Virus record (IMG/VR): IMGVR_UViG_3300020156_000024
DNA length: 64,000 bases
From: a virus
Reading direction: 5' to 3' (one strand)
A program made the position numbers and the translations under genes. The notes beneath the pieces are model-generated. The model was not told the origin of the DNA. It made no database searches and was given only the letters and a program-made list of their open reading frames with translations. Shown in pieces: positions 36,320 to 43,974 of this stretch (position 1 is its first letter; every line of letters starts with the position of its first letter).

Positions 36320-36557
36320 CGCGGGACTCCTCCTTCGCGAGGGGGAAGAGGCGCGTATAGGCCCTAATCCCAAACAGTTGTCGACATGCGTTGGCGAAGC
36401 GAAGCCCTGGGTGTCGCTGCCCGGTGCGAACGCGGTAGACCGTTGTCCCCTCGACGCCGAGCGCGCGGGCGCGCTCGGCGTCAGTGGTGAGCTGCTTGCC
36501 GTCGCACAGCTCGTTGAAGAGCTCTCGGTTGAAAAACGGCTCGGAATCAATCGGCAT
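36306..36557 (-). CDS. Cro-like HTH regulator
   Basis: ERARALGVEGTTVYRVRTGQRHPG XRE-type HTH; divergent from repressor. Confidence 0.8.
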   Translation of the reverse strand: MPIDSEPFFNRELFNELCDGKQLTTDAERARALGVEGTTVYRVRTGQRHPGLRFANACRQLFGIRAYTRLFPLAKEESRDESE

Positions 36558-36778
36558 AGGGAGAACCATACACTCCTGCCTGTCCGCAGGCAAGTGAGCC
36601 GAAAGGTTGACAGTGCGGGGTACTTTCAGGGAGAGTACTGCCTACAGGCAGACGACCAGAGGAGTGAACATGCCGCTGACGGCAATGGCGAGCAGCAGAA
36701 CGTCATCTCAACCACTTGCCCGCAGGCAGATGCCAGGAATGCTGAAGTCAGATACGGTCCTGCCTATGAGCAGGCAGG
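36558..36778. promoter_or_regulatory. Lysis/lysogeny control region: divergent promoters and TGCCT-Nx-AGGCA operators
   Basis: Palindromes at 36577-36592 and 36761-36776 (N6), 36638-36651 and 36717-36728 (N2); minus-strand TTGCCT-N17-TATGGT; plus-strand ATGCCA-N17-TACGGT. Confidence 0.75.
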
Positions 36779-37287
36779 AGCGCCGCGCACGATGGCCCTA
36801 CCAGGATTTCAGCAGCCTCCTGGATCGGAAGATGATCCAGGCGGGCATCCCGCTGACGAGCAAGGGCAGGCCGAACACGATGGTCTTTGAGGACATCACC
36901 GGGATCGGCAGCGACCGTGTCTCCCGATGGCGGAGTGGATACCAGCAACCCACCATCGACAGCCTCCGCGATGTCGCCAACGCGCTCGCGCCCCGCACCG
37001 GCGACGATCCGGCACATCTGCAATGGGAGCTGGAGATCGCCGCGGGCAGGCGCTCCCGAGTAGAGCAACGGGAACCGTCGTCGGCGTCCCGCGCAGGGCC
37101 CGACCTCGACCTGATCATCCGGCGCATCAAACTCCGTCTCGATCAGAAGCCTCCGACACCGGAGCGGCAGGAACTCGAGCTGAAGCTTGTGCGGGCCCGG
37201 CGCGCGCGCGACGCGAAGCGGCTCGCTGACGAACTCATTGCTGAGATCGAGACGGAACTGGACCGGACGACAGGCGAAGGATCCTGA
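36766..37287 (+). CDS. Immunity repressor (XRE-type HTH); start uncertain (36670, 36739 or 36766)
   Basis: ITGIGSDRVSRWRSGYQQPTIDSLRDVANAL HTH; divergent from cro, next to integrase. Confidence 0.8.
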   Translation: MSRQERRARWPYQDFSSLLDRKMIQAGIPLTSKGRPNTMVFEDITGIGSDRVSRWRSGYQQPTIDSLRDVANALAPRTGDDPAHLQWELEIAAGRRSRVEQREPSSASRAGPDLDLIIRRIKLRLDQKPPTPERQELELKLVRARRARDAKRLADELIAEIETELDRTTGEGS

Positions 37288-37463
37288 CAGGTTCACCTGA
37301 TCGTGTGACCACGCGACACGTTTACCCCACGAGGTCGGTTGCGACCCAGCAGTATTCAAATCGGTGAACGAACGGGCTATTGATTGTCAGCTATCCGACA
37401 CGTAGCGTTCCCTTTACGGTGCTGGCACACTCACATTCACATAGGCCCAACGGAGCGCCGCCG

Positions 37464-37916
37464 ATGACCGAACAGGAACCAACCGCCAAGCCATTCCCTA
37501 CCAAGAAGTTCATTCTCAGCGCGCTGCCGGCACTCGGCGCGACCATCTTCATCCTCATCCACCTGCGAGACGCGGTCGTCCCCCACGTCTACCAGTCCGT
37601 CCTCATGAACGCCTGGCTCGGGCTGCTCTGCGGCACACTGGCGTACTGGCTGTACCTCGCGCTCTTCCGCGTCGCCGACCGCATCTGCGACAAATTCGAC
37701 GCACGCCACGATGCAATCGTCAAGCTGATCGAAGCCCACACCGAAGCCAGCGCACGAGACTTCAGGCTGGCGATGGCGAAGCTCGCCAAGGCATGTAAGC
37801 GCGTGGAAACGATCGAGCGCCAGAACAAGGAGATGGCAGAGGAGATCGCGCACCTACGCGGACTCCTCATCGAGTCCGACCCGAGCTCGCTCACCGGTCC
37901 GGCACCGTTCTCCTAG
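37464..37916 (+). CDS. Membrane protein (2 TM plus coiled coil), lysogen-expressed orientation
   Basis: Hydrophobic FILSALPALGATIFILI and VLMNAWLGLLCGTLAYWLYLALF segments. Confidence 0.75.
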   Translation: MTEQEPTAKPFPTKKFILSALPALGATIFILIHLRDAVVPHVYQSVLMNAWLGLLCGTLAYWLYLALFRVADRICDKFDARHDAIVKLIEAHTEASARDFRLAMAKLAKACKRVETIERQNKEMAEEIAHLRGLLIESDPSSLTGPAPFS

Positions 37917-37924
37917 GAAAGCAG

Positions 37925-37964
37925 CGACCCCGGGCCAGTGGGGACCGGCCCGGGGTCGTTCTTT
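37925..37964 (+). terminator. Intrinsic terminator between convergent genes
   Basis: CGACCCCGGGCC/GGCCCGGGGTCG stem followed by TTCTTT. Confidence 0.8.
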
Positions 37965-37971
37965 CGTGATA

Positions 37972-39552
37972 TCAACTCTCAGACGGTGCCCACCGCCGCC
38001 ATTCAAGCCCCACTCGCTCCGGATCGAACTGGCGCGTCCCCCGGATTCCCCGCTTGAGCTTGAGCTCGGAGAACAGCGACCGGATGACGTCCCGCCGGCC
38101 TGAAACCGGGAACCCGGCCCACATCTCGCGGACCAGGGCCTCTGCCGTCGCTCGGTCTGACGCCCCCAGCATGCCGGTGAACGTCCTGAGAATGGGCGGG
38201 ATGCCGATGTTGCGCGCCGCGGCTTCGGCTGCTTCGATCTGCGAGGTGAGCTCCAGCTTCCGCTCACCGTATTGATCGAGGGTCAAGATCTTCCGCTTGT
38301 ACCCCTCATACGCCTCATCGAGCGTTGCTCGGAGCGCATCCGCCTCGGCCTGGGCGATGATCACCACCGCGTCATCTTGTACGACTGCTTGCGACAGCAG
38401 GTCGGGTTGGCTGAGGCGATGCACGACCATGTCGGTGATGTAGTCGTCAACCCAGTCCTGCCGCACCGACACGCACCCGCTCTTGCCTGTCGCCGCGCCG
38501 CCGGCGTCCAGCCCGGAGCAGTGGTAGCGCGGGCTCTGTTTCTTCAAGGGCTGGTGGGCGATTACGGCCCCACATTCACCGCAGGTCATGAAACGCGTCA
38601 ACAAGTGGACTGCCTTCCCAGGGCTCTGGCTGGCGTGAGCTTTTGAGCGTTCGTTCATCACGCGCTGCGCAGCCCAGTACAGCATCGGCAGCGTCTCGGA
38701 CAGGGGCGGCCACTGGGCGTCTAGGAGCTCATTGGAATGCGGGTCGCGGCGCTTCCCAATGTGCGCGGGGTTCTTGAGCGTGCGGCGAAGGGCCTCAGTC
38801 GACCACGTCGCGCCGCGGCGCAGGACAGGAACTCGTCGGGGGTCATCCTGGGGAAGGTCGATGCGCGAGTTCAGATCGCGCATGATCGCGGTCAACGCTT
38901 CACCACCGGCCACGAACCGTTCGAAGATCTCGACGACCACCCTGCTCTCCTGCGGCTCGGGGATCTGGCGGAGGAGATCACCGGTGTCCGGGTCGTACTC
39001 TCGCTTGTGGCCGTAGCAGAGAGGCCCGTCGGGCCGGCCGAGCTCTCGAATCGCCTTCTTGTCGCGCTTGTTGCGCAGCGAGGTCTTCGCCGACTCCATC
39101 TCGGCATCCACGCCCTCATCCGCAAGGGTCTTCCAGTCCCGAGGGTTGCGGACATCGTAGGTGCGCCCGTGTGTGACCACCCGGATCGGCACGGCCAGAT
39201 CGCGGCACAGGGCGAGAAACTGGAGCCACTCGACGCTTTCACGGGACCCGCGCGAGGACTCCCAGAAGACCACGAAGTTGATCTTCCCGTCCTCGACATC
39301 GCGAACGAACCGGGGCCAGTCGACGCGGACCACCGTCGAGTGGCGGGAGGCCGGCATGTTGTTGTCGTGGTCGTAGACCTCTTTGATGAGCACTGGGCGG
39401 CCTTCATGGCTGCCGAGCTCTGCAATGTCGATACGGGCGTCGCTGACCTGCTGGTCGACGGAGGCTCGCTCGCGGAGCATGCGCTTCCGCGTGTCCTTGG
39501 AAACCCGGGCGTAGATGCCTGCCTGCCACGCTGCGAGCAGAAGATCACTCAT
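37972..39552 (-). CDS. int: Large serine recombinase (phage integrase)
   Basis: YARVS catalytic motif, WESSRGSR, LCYGH, recombinase domain, CGECG Zn ribbon, coiled coil. Confidence 0.95.
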   Translation of the reverse strand: MSDLLLAAWQAGIYARVSKDTRKRMLRERASVDQQVSDARIDIAELGSHEGRPVLIKEVYDHDNNMPASRHSTVVRVDWPRFVRDVEDGKINFVVFWESSRGSRESVEWLQFLALCRDLAVPIRVVTHGRTYDVRNPRDWKTLADEGVDAEMESAKTSLRNKRDKKAIRELGRPDGPLCYGHKREYDPDTGDLLRQIPEPQESRVVVEIFERFVAGGEALTAIMRDLNSRIDLPQDDPRRVPVLRRGATWSTEALRRTLKNPAHIGKRRDPHSNELLDAQWPPLSETLPMLYWAAQRVMNERSKAHASQSPGKAVHLLTRFMTCGECGAVIAHQPLKKQSPRYHCSGLDAGGAATGKSGCVSVRQDWVDDYITDMVVHRLSQPDLLSQAVVQDDAVVIIAQAEADALRATLDEAYEGYKRKILTLDQYGERKLELTSQIEAAEAAARNIGIPPILRTFTGMLGASDRATAEALVREMWAGFPVSGRRDVIRSLFSELKLKRGIRGTRQFDPERVGLEWRRWAPSES

Positions 39553-39994
39553 AGCCCTAAATATAGTTGGCCCGCACGACCACGGGGGCATCGGGGTCCT
39601 ACCCCTATATTACGAATGCACGGAAACCCGCCTGGTTCAGTCGTGAGCCTAAGTCGCCCCGGTGGGTGACCCACCGGGGCGGCCCGCCATTGCCGCAGTG
39701 CTGGCACGCCACGACCCAGGCCCTTCCAGTTTCGACCCGGCCCCCCGAGGTGCATATCGGCCGATCGGATGACAAGGGAGCCCGACCGCCGGTGCTGGCA
39801 CACGCGTGCGGTCGGGCTCGCTCCTTGAGGGTGCCCTTCAAGATCAACTCTCAGGCGCTGGCTTGTTTACATAGGGTGACGGCCTGGCCGCGGTCCTGGG
39901 GAGGCGCGACCAGGCCGGGCCCCGGCCCCCCACCAGCCGGCCGGGGAGGGCCGCCGCCCCGCCCCACAGGACGGCGGCCCCTCGGGAGGCAGGT

Positions 39995-40255
39995 TTATGA
40001 CGCCAGCTCCGACACCTCGGCGCGGAACGCATCGAACGCCGCCCGCAGTTGGATGATTGCGAGGTCGTCGGTCGGCGCGAACGTCATCAGATACAGACGG
40101 CCGCTGCGGATGATTCCGACCGGCGTGGCTGAACCGTTCGCGATGTCGTTCAACCAGATCGCCTCACCGAACTTCTCGTTCGCGATCATGTCGGCCTCGA
40201 TCTGCATGTGGCGCCAAGGGAACGTCCCGAGGATCATCGCGGCCCTCGCAGCCAC
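39995..40255 (-). CDS. Small hypothetical protein (start uncertain)
   Basis: Overlaps upstream ORF; followed by GC hairpin 39948-39980. Confidence 0.5.
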   Translation of the reverse strand: MAARAAMILGTFPWRHMQIEADMIANEKFGEAIWLNDIANGSATPVGIIRSGRLYLMTFAPTDDLAIIQLRAAFDAFRAEVSELAS

Positions 40256-40524
40256 TGGACGATCTCCGAGTAGATCTTGGTGTCGAGGGCGTCCCGCCTG
40301 TACTGCTCAAGCGTGCCTAGGCCGGTGTCGTTCCACTGGACGGTGGCAGTGGCCGCATACGACCCGTAGGGGACGCGCGCGAGTTCGCGCCAGAACCCCT
40401 CCCGCAGCATGAGGACGGCGGCGATGCCGGCGCCGCGGTCGACGAGCCGGAGTCCGGCTCCCCATGACGCGATCACGCGGTCTTGCTCTGGCGGTCTGGT
40501 GGTCCGTACGATGGGTGTGGTCAT
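40234..40524 (-). CDS. Small hypothetical protein divergent from XRE gene
   Basis: AGGGA RBS before MTTPIV. Confidence 0.55.
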   Translation of the reverse strand: MTTPIVRTTRPPEQDRVIASWGAGLRLVDRGAGIAAVLMLREGFWRELARVPYGSYAATATVQWNDTGLGTLEQYRRDALDTKIYSEIVQWLRGPR

Positions 40525-40741
40525 CAGAGGTTCCCTCTCTGGTGTCTGAGTCGGAGCCCCGCCCGGGCCTAACGGGCGGGGCTCCGGGCGTTCCGGCGTA
40601 GATGCGCGGTAGGAACGCCCAGACCTGCGATGCAGGTCATATATCGAAGGTAAGACGGTGTGCGGCCCCATGGGAAGAGGCGCGGCCCGAGACACAATGT
40701 CGGCCTGTTTTGTGTCCACGTCGATCATGGACTAGGCGCTG

Positions 40742-41596
40742 ATGTCGTGGGACACTACGTGCATGAGCGAAGCGCAACCCACACTCGCCAGGCGTGACCT
40801 CGGCATTCGCCTCAAAGGACACCGCGAACGCAAGGGCCTCACCGAGAAGGAAGCCGCCGACCTTCTCGGCTACACCGTCAAGACCATCCAACGCATCGAA
40901 GCGGGGACCCACGGCACCCGGCGGCCGGTCGTCGAGTCCCTCGTCGGCCACTACGGCATCAACCAGGACGAGGCCTCGTACCTGCTCGGTCTCGTCGTCC
41001 GAGGCGCTGAGCGCGGCTGGTGGGAGGACTACGTCGACAAGGGAACCAAGCAGGGAACCCGGCCCGACTTTCCACTGTTCCTGGAATCCGAGCAGATCGC
41101 CACGCTCATCCAAGTGCTGGAAACCGAGGTCATTCCCGGGCTGCTCCAGACGCCTGAGTACCTCCTGGCCCTCCAGGATGCGCAACTCCCGATCCCCGCC
41201 GAAGTCGCCGAAGCGGTCCGCGGCCTGAGGACGATCCGGCAGAAGCTCATCTACAGCCGCACCGCCCCGCCGCGCATGGAGTTCTGCATCGGCGAGGGCG
41301 CGTTCCGGTACCTCACCCGGCTCCCGGGCCCGGTGCGCGACGGCCAGATCAACCGCATCCTCGAAGTGTCGGCGATGCCGAACGTGGACCTGCGGGTCAT
41401 AACTCAGCTGCACGCCGGGGCTGCGGGCGCGTTCAATATCATCACGGCCTCTGATGGCGTGGACCCGTTCGTATTCGTTGACCTCATGGACGGGTGCCGC
41501 TACGTCGAGGACGACCACATAGTGTCGTTGTACGGGCGGGGATTCCGTGCCGCCCGTGACGACAAAACCGTAACGGTAGAGGAGTATCTACGATGA
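40742..41596 (+). CDS. XRE-family regulator (HTH + DUF5753; WhiJ/Scr1-like)
   Basis: ARRDLG.RL...RE.KGLT...AA, GWW, ESE, VIPGLLQTPEY, R..RQ, LYGR.F motifs. Confidence 0.92.
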   Translation: MSWDTTCMSEAQPTLARRDLGIRLKGHRERKGLTEKEAADLLGYTVKTIQRIEAGTHGTRRPVVESLVGHYGINQDEASYLLGLVVRGAERGWWEDYVDKGTKQGTRPDFPLFLESEQIATLIQVLETEVIPGLLQTPEYLLALQDAQLPIPAEVAEAVRGLRTIRQKLIYSRTAPPRMEFCIGEGAFRYLTRLPGPVRDGQINRILEVSAMPNVDLRVITQLHAGAAGAFNIITASDGVDPFVFVDLMDGCRYVEDDHIVSLYGRGFRAARDDKTVTVEEYLR

Positions 41597-41766
41597 AGAC
41601 CAGGTGGCGGAAGTCGAGCCGCTCCCAAGGCAACGGCGGAAGCTGCGTCGAGCTGCGGGTCAGCGACGACGACTTCCAGGTCCGTGACTCGAAGCTCGGG
41701 GACTCTTCCCCGATCTTCGATCTCGACCCGAAGGATCTCACAAGTTTGCTGCGCGCCGCCCGCTGA
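41593..41766 (+). CDS. DUF397 protein (57 aa)
   Basis: MKTRWRKSSRSQGNGGSCVEL...VRDSK; ATGA overlap with XRE gene; below ORF-track cutoff. Confidence 0.93.
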   Translation: MKTRWRKSSRSQGNGGSCVELRVSDDDFQVRDSKLGDSSPIFDLDPKDLTSLLRAAR

Positions 41767-41832
41767 TACTTCCGGCGCCCCCGGCAGGATCAACTGAGCG
41801 ACGGCAACAACCACGCATCTCTACACAGGGTA

Positions 41833-41870
41833 GCGGCCTTCCCGACATTCCGGGGAGGCCGCTTCATTCT
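41833..41870 (+). terminator. Terminator of XRE-DUF397 operon
   Basis: GCGGCCTTCCC...GGGGAGGCCGC stem then TTCATTCT. Confidence 0.65.
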
Positions 41871-42185
41871 GTGCCGGGGCGTCCGCAGGACCGGACCTCG
41901 CCGCCGGGGAGGCGGCGTTCGGACACGGCGGCCGGATCGGCCGAGGCGGCCCACCCGAATAGGGGTTGCGACTCCCCAACGTCTTCGCCTACTCTGGACC
42001 GTGGCTGCGTATCCGGTTCGATCCCGGCTCCCTCGTCCATGGGGGGAGGCGTGAAGGTACGCCGCGTCAACCGCCTGCCGACTCGGGGATGCCTGGGAAG
42101 GGTGGCACCTGACGCAAAATAGGAGACATCCGCGCCGCCAACGTAGAGAGGCCCCGCTCCCTGACGAGGGAGCGGGGTTTTTCGT
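41871..42185 (+). ncRNA. Candidate structured non-coding RNA or attenuator leader (unclassified)
   Basis: No convincing ORF; several hairpins, a T-arm-like CCGG-TTCGATC-CCGG, ends in a strong U-tailed terminator. Confidence 0.3.
42151..42185 (+). terminator. Strong intrinsic terminator
   Basis: CCCCGCTCCCT-GACG-AGGGAGCGGGG then TTTTTCGTT. Confidence 0.85.
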
Positions 42186-42203
42186 TGTGCGGCAAGCACT
42201 TCA

Positions 42204-42267
42204 AAATAGACGATATCGCTTATTGACATCTCCTCGATACTGCCCTACTCTCGAATAAACGATATCG
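42204..42267 (+). promoter_or_regulatory. Consensus promoter TTGACA-N17-TACTCT flanked by two CGATATCG palindromes
   Basis: -35 42223-42228, -10 42246-42251; AATA(G/A)ACGATATCG at 42205-42218 and 42254-42267. Confidence 0.8.
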
Positions 42268-42291
42268 GAAACTCGATTGAAGGAGCCCCCC

Positions 42292-42906
42292 ATGACCGCA
42301 GGACGACCCAGCACCGGCACCCCCGTCCACGTCCGCCTCGACGACGACACCCTCGCCAGCCTCGAAGCCTGGCGGTCGCGCCAGGGCATGAACCGGGCCG
42401 AAGCCGTCCGATACCTCCTCAGCCAGGCGCTGAAGATCGGCAGCATCGACGACACCTTGAATACCCTCCAGAACCTGACCGTCGAGGCGCTGTTCCACGA
42501 GGCCGAGGGCGACCCGGAGGCCATGTACGACCTCCTCATGGAAGAGCAGTTCGAGTCCATCGCCGGCATCGAGTCCGACCCCGACCGCCCGACCGTCCTC
42601 TGCATGGGCGTCCACCTCGCGCGCGGCCAGTGGATCGTGATCGAGGAGCGGTGGAGCACCAGCAAGACCAAGATGTGCGGCCTCGACAAGCTCGAGACGC
42701 GGCGGATGGCCGTCGGCAAGGACAAGGCCGACGCGATCCGGATCTACAAGGACTGGATGGCCGAGGTGACCGCGATCTACTGGAACGAGGGCGAAGAGCC
42801 GCTGTGGTCCGGCGAAGGCGTCGACGGGGACTACGTCGGCTACGGCGACAAGGAGATCAAGTGGCGCGGCCTGATCCCGGACGGCTCGATCTGGCAAGGC
42901 GAGTAG
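42292..42906 (+). CDS. Ribbon-helix-helix (CopG-like) domain fused to an unknown acidic domain
   Basis: PVHVRLDDDTLASLEAWRSRQGMNRAEAVRYLLSQAL; GAAGGAG RBS. Confidence 0.8.
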   Translation: MTAGRPSTGTPVHVRLDDDTLASLEAWRSRQGMNRAEAVRYLLSQALKIGSIDDTLNTLQNLTVEALFHEAEGDPEAMYDLLMEEQFESIAGIESDPDRPTVLCMGVHLARGQWIVIEERWSTSKTKMCGLDKLETRRMAVGKDKADAIRIYKDWMAEVTAIYWNEGEEPLWSGEGVDGDYVGYGDKEIKWRGLIPDGSIWQGE

Positions 42907-42914
42907 CGTACAAG

Positions 42915-42950
42915 GAAGCGCCCCCGCTCCGACTGGAGTGGGGGCGTTCT
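42915..42950. terminator. Hairpin between convergent morons
   Basis: GCGCCCCCGCTCC-GACT-GGAGTGGGGGCGT. Confidence 0.75.
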
Positions 42951-42957
42951 GCATGCA

Positions 42958-43596
42958 CTACTTCGGGGTGATCGTCCAGTCCCCATCGGCCTGGACGACG
43001 ACCAGTGAGGGCCCGGCCTTGGCCGCGACCTCCCCGTCATAGGCGCCGACCTCGGTGGCGAGCAGGCCGACCTCGAAGTCCGCCCCTGTGTACGCCGACA
43101 AGGAGAAGTAGTGCTCGCCATCGTGCTTGACTGCCCACGTGGCCGCGTCACCCTCGTACGTGAACACCCCGTCCCCAGTGCCACCCTCAGGCAACACGGG
43201 GGCGCTGGCGAGCGGCGCGAGGGTGATCGTCCACGCCCCGTCCGCGGTGATCTCGAGGGAGGTCGTGCCGGAGTCGTTGACGCCGATGGTCGTGACTCCG
43301 TCGTAGGCGCCCACGGCGTTGACGGGGAGTTCCGCGGTGGGCTCGTTGGCGTCGTCGAGGCCGGAGATGGAGAAGTAGTGCTCACCGGTGTGGCTTGCGG
43401 TGAGCATGGCCTGGGTGATGCCGTCGAGCGCGATCACGCTATCCCCCTCCCCGGAGTGCTCGACGGGCTCGAACGTGGGCAGGGAGGCAAGGTAGCTGTC
43501 GCCGGTGTCCTCGCCGGCGTCGTCCGTGCCGGGGCTGGAGCAGGCGAGGGCGACGAGTGCCGCGGTGCCGAGCGCGATCAAGTGGGTGCGGTTCAT
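42958..43596 (-). CDS. Lipoprotein with internal domain duplication
   Basis: Signal peptide and lipobox LVALAC; two repeats GEHYFS...GAYDG...ADG.WTIT. Confidence 0.85.
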   Translation of the reverse strand: MNRTHLIALGTAALVALACSSPGTDDAGEDTGDSYLASLPTFEPVEHSGEGDSVIALDGITQAMLTASHTGEHYFSISGLDDANEPTAELPVNAVGAYDGVTTIGVNDSGTTSLEITADGAWTITLAPLASAPVLPEGGTGDGVFTYEGDAATWAVKHDGEHYFSLSAYTGADFEVGLLATEVGAYDGEVAAKAGPSLVVVQADGDWTITPK

Positions 43597-43711
43597 GGGC
43601 GGGCCTTCCGTTCGGGGGCGGAACGGGGCCAACACGTTCGGTGGAGCGCGCGAGGTTGCACGGTCGGTCCACTCTCACCCGATCGGGTGACGGACTGTGT
43701 CCGTACGGGCA

Positions 43712-43744
43712 CGACGAAACGCCCCGCCTCCGAAGGGGCGGGGC
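43712..43744 (-). terminator. Late-operon terminator of prophage 2
   Basis: GCCCCGCC stem, GTTTC tail on minus strand after the holin. Confidence 0.7.
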
Positions 43745-43786
43745 AGGGGTCCGTTCTAGAACGGACCCCTCGTGGGCGCTGCCGGG

Positions 43787-43972
43787 CTACTGGGCCTTGG
43801 TCGGCGTGTGCCGGGCGGCGGTGATCAGGGGCGGCTCGGCCACGGCGAAGGCCGCGGCGACGAGTGCCAGGACGGGGCCGGACATCTCGAGCGTGAGGAC
43901 GCCGAGGAGGACGAGGAGCGGCACCAGGGTGGCGGCGATCCGGTAGAAGTAGGCGCGCTGGGACTGGGACAT
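43787..43972 (-). CDS. Holin
   Basis: 61 aa, two TM segments, RAYFYRIAATLVPLLV; in lysis cassette. Confidence 0.8.
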   Translation of the reverse strand: MSQSQRAYFYRIAATLVPLLVLLGVLTLEMSGPVLALVAAAFAVAEPPLITAARHTPTKAQ

Positions 43973-43974
43973 GG

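Larger units (their letters stand above)
1..39600 (-). mobile_element. Prophage 1 (temperate actinophage, large serine integrase); left part beyond window; right boundary approximate
   Basis: Contiguous integrase, repressor/cro, replication, terminase, portal, protease and capsid genes in canonical phage order; att junction expected just upstream of the integrase but not resolved. Confidence 0.95.

Noticed and set aside
42012-42039. T-arm plus CCA as a tRNA gene or tRNA-derived att site
   Set aside because: No D-arm or anticodon arm at proper spacing; an intact tRNA would be expected on this side of prophage 2; kept only as part of the ncRNA finding
41871-42140. Resemblance to SRP, 6C, Ms1 or tmRNA
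   Set aside because: Only short partial motif matches; diagnostic features (SRP GGAA loop, 6C loops, tmRNA Ala acceptor) absent
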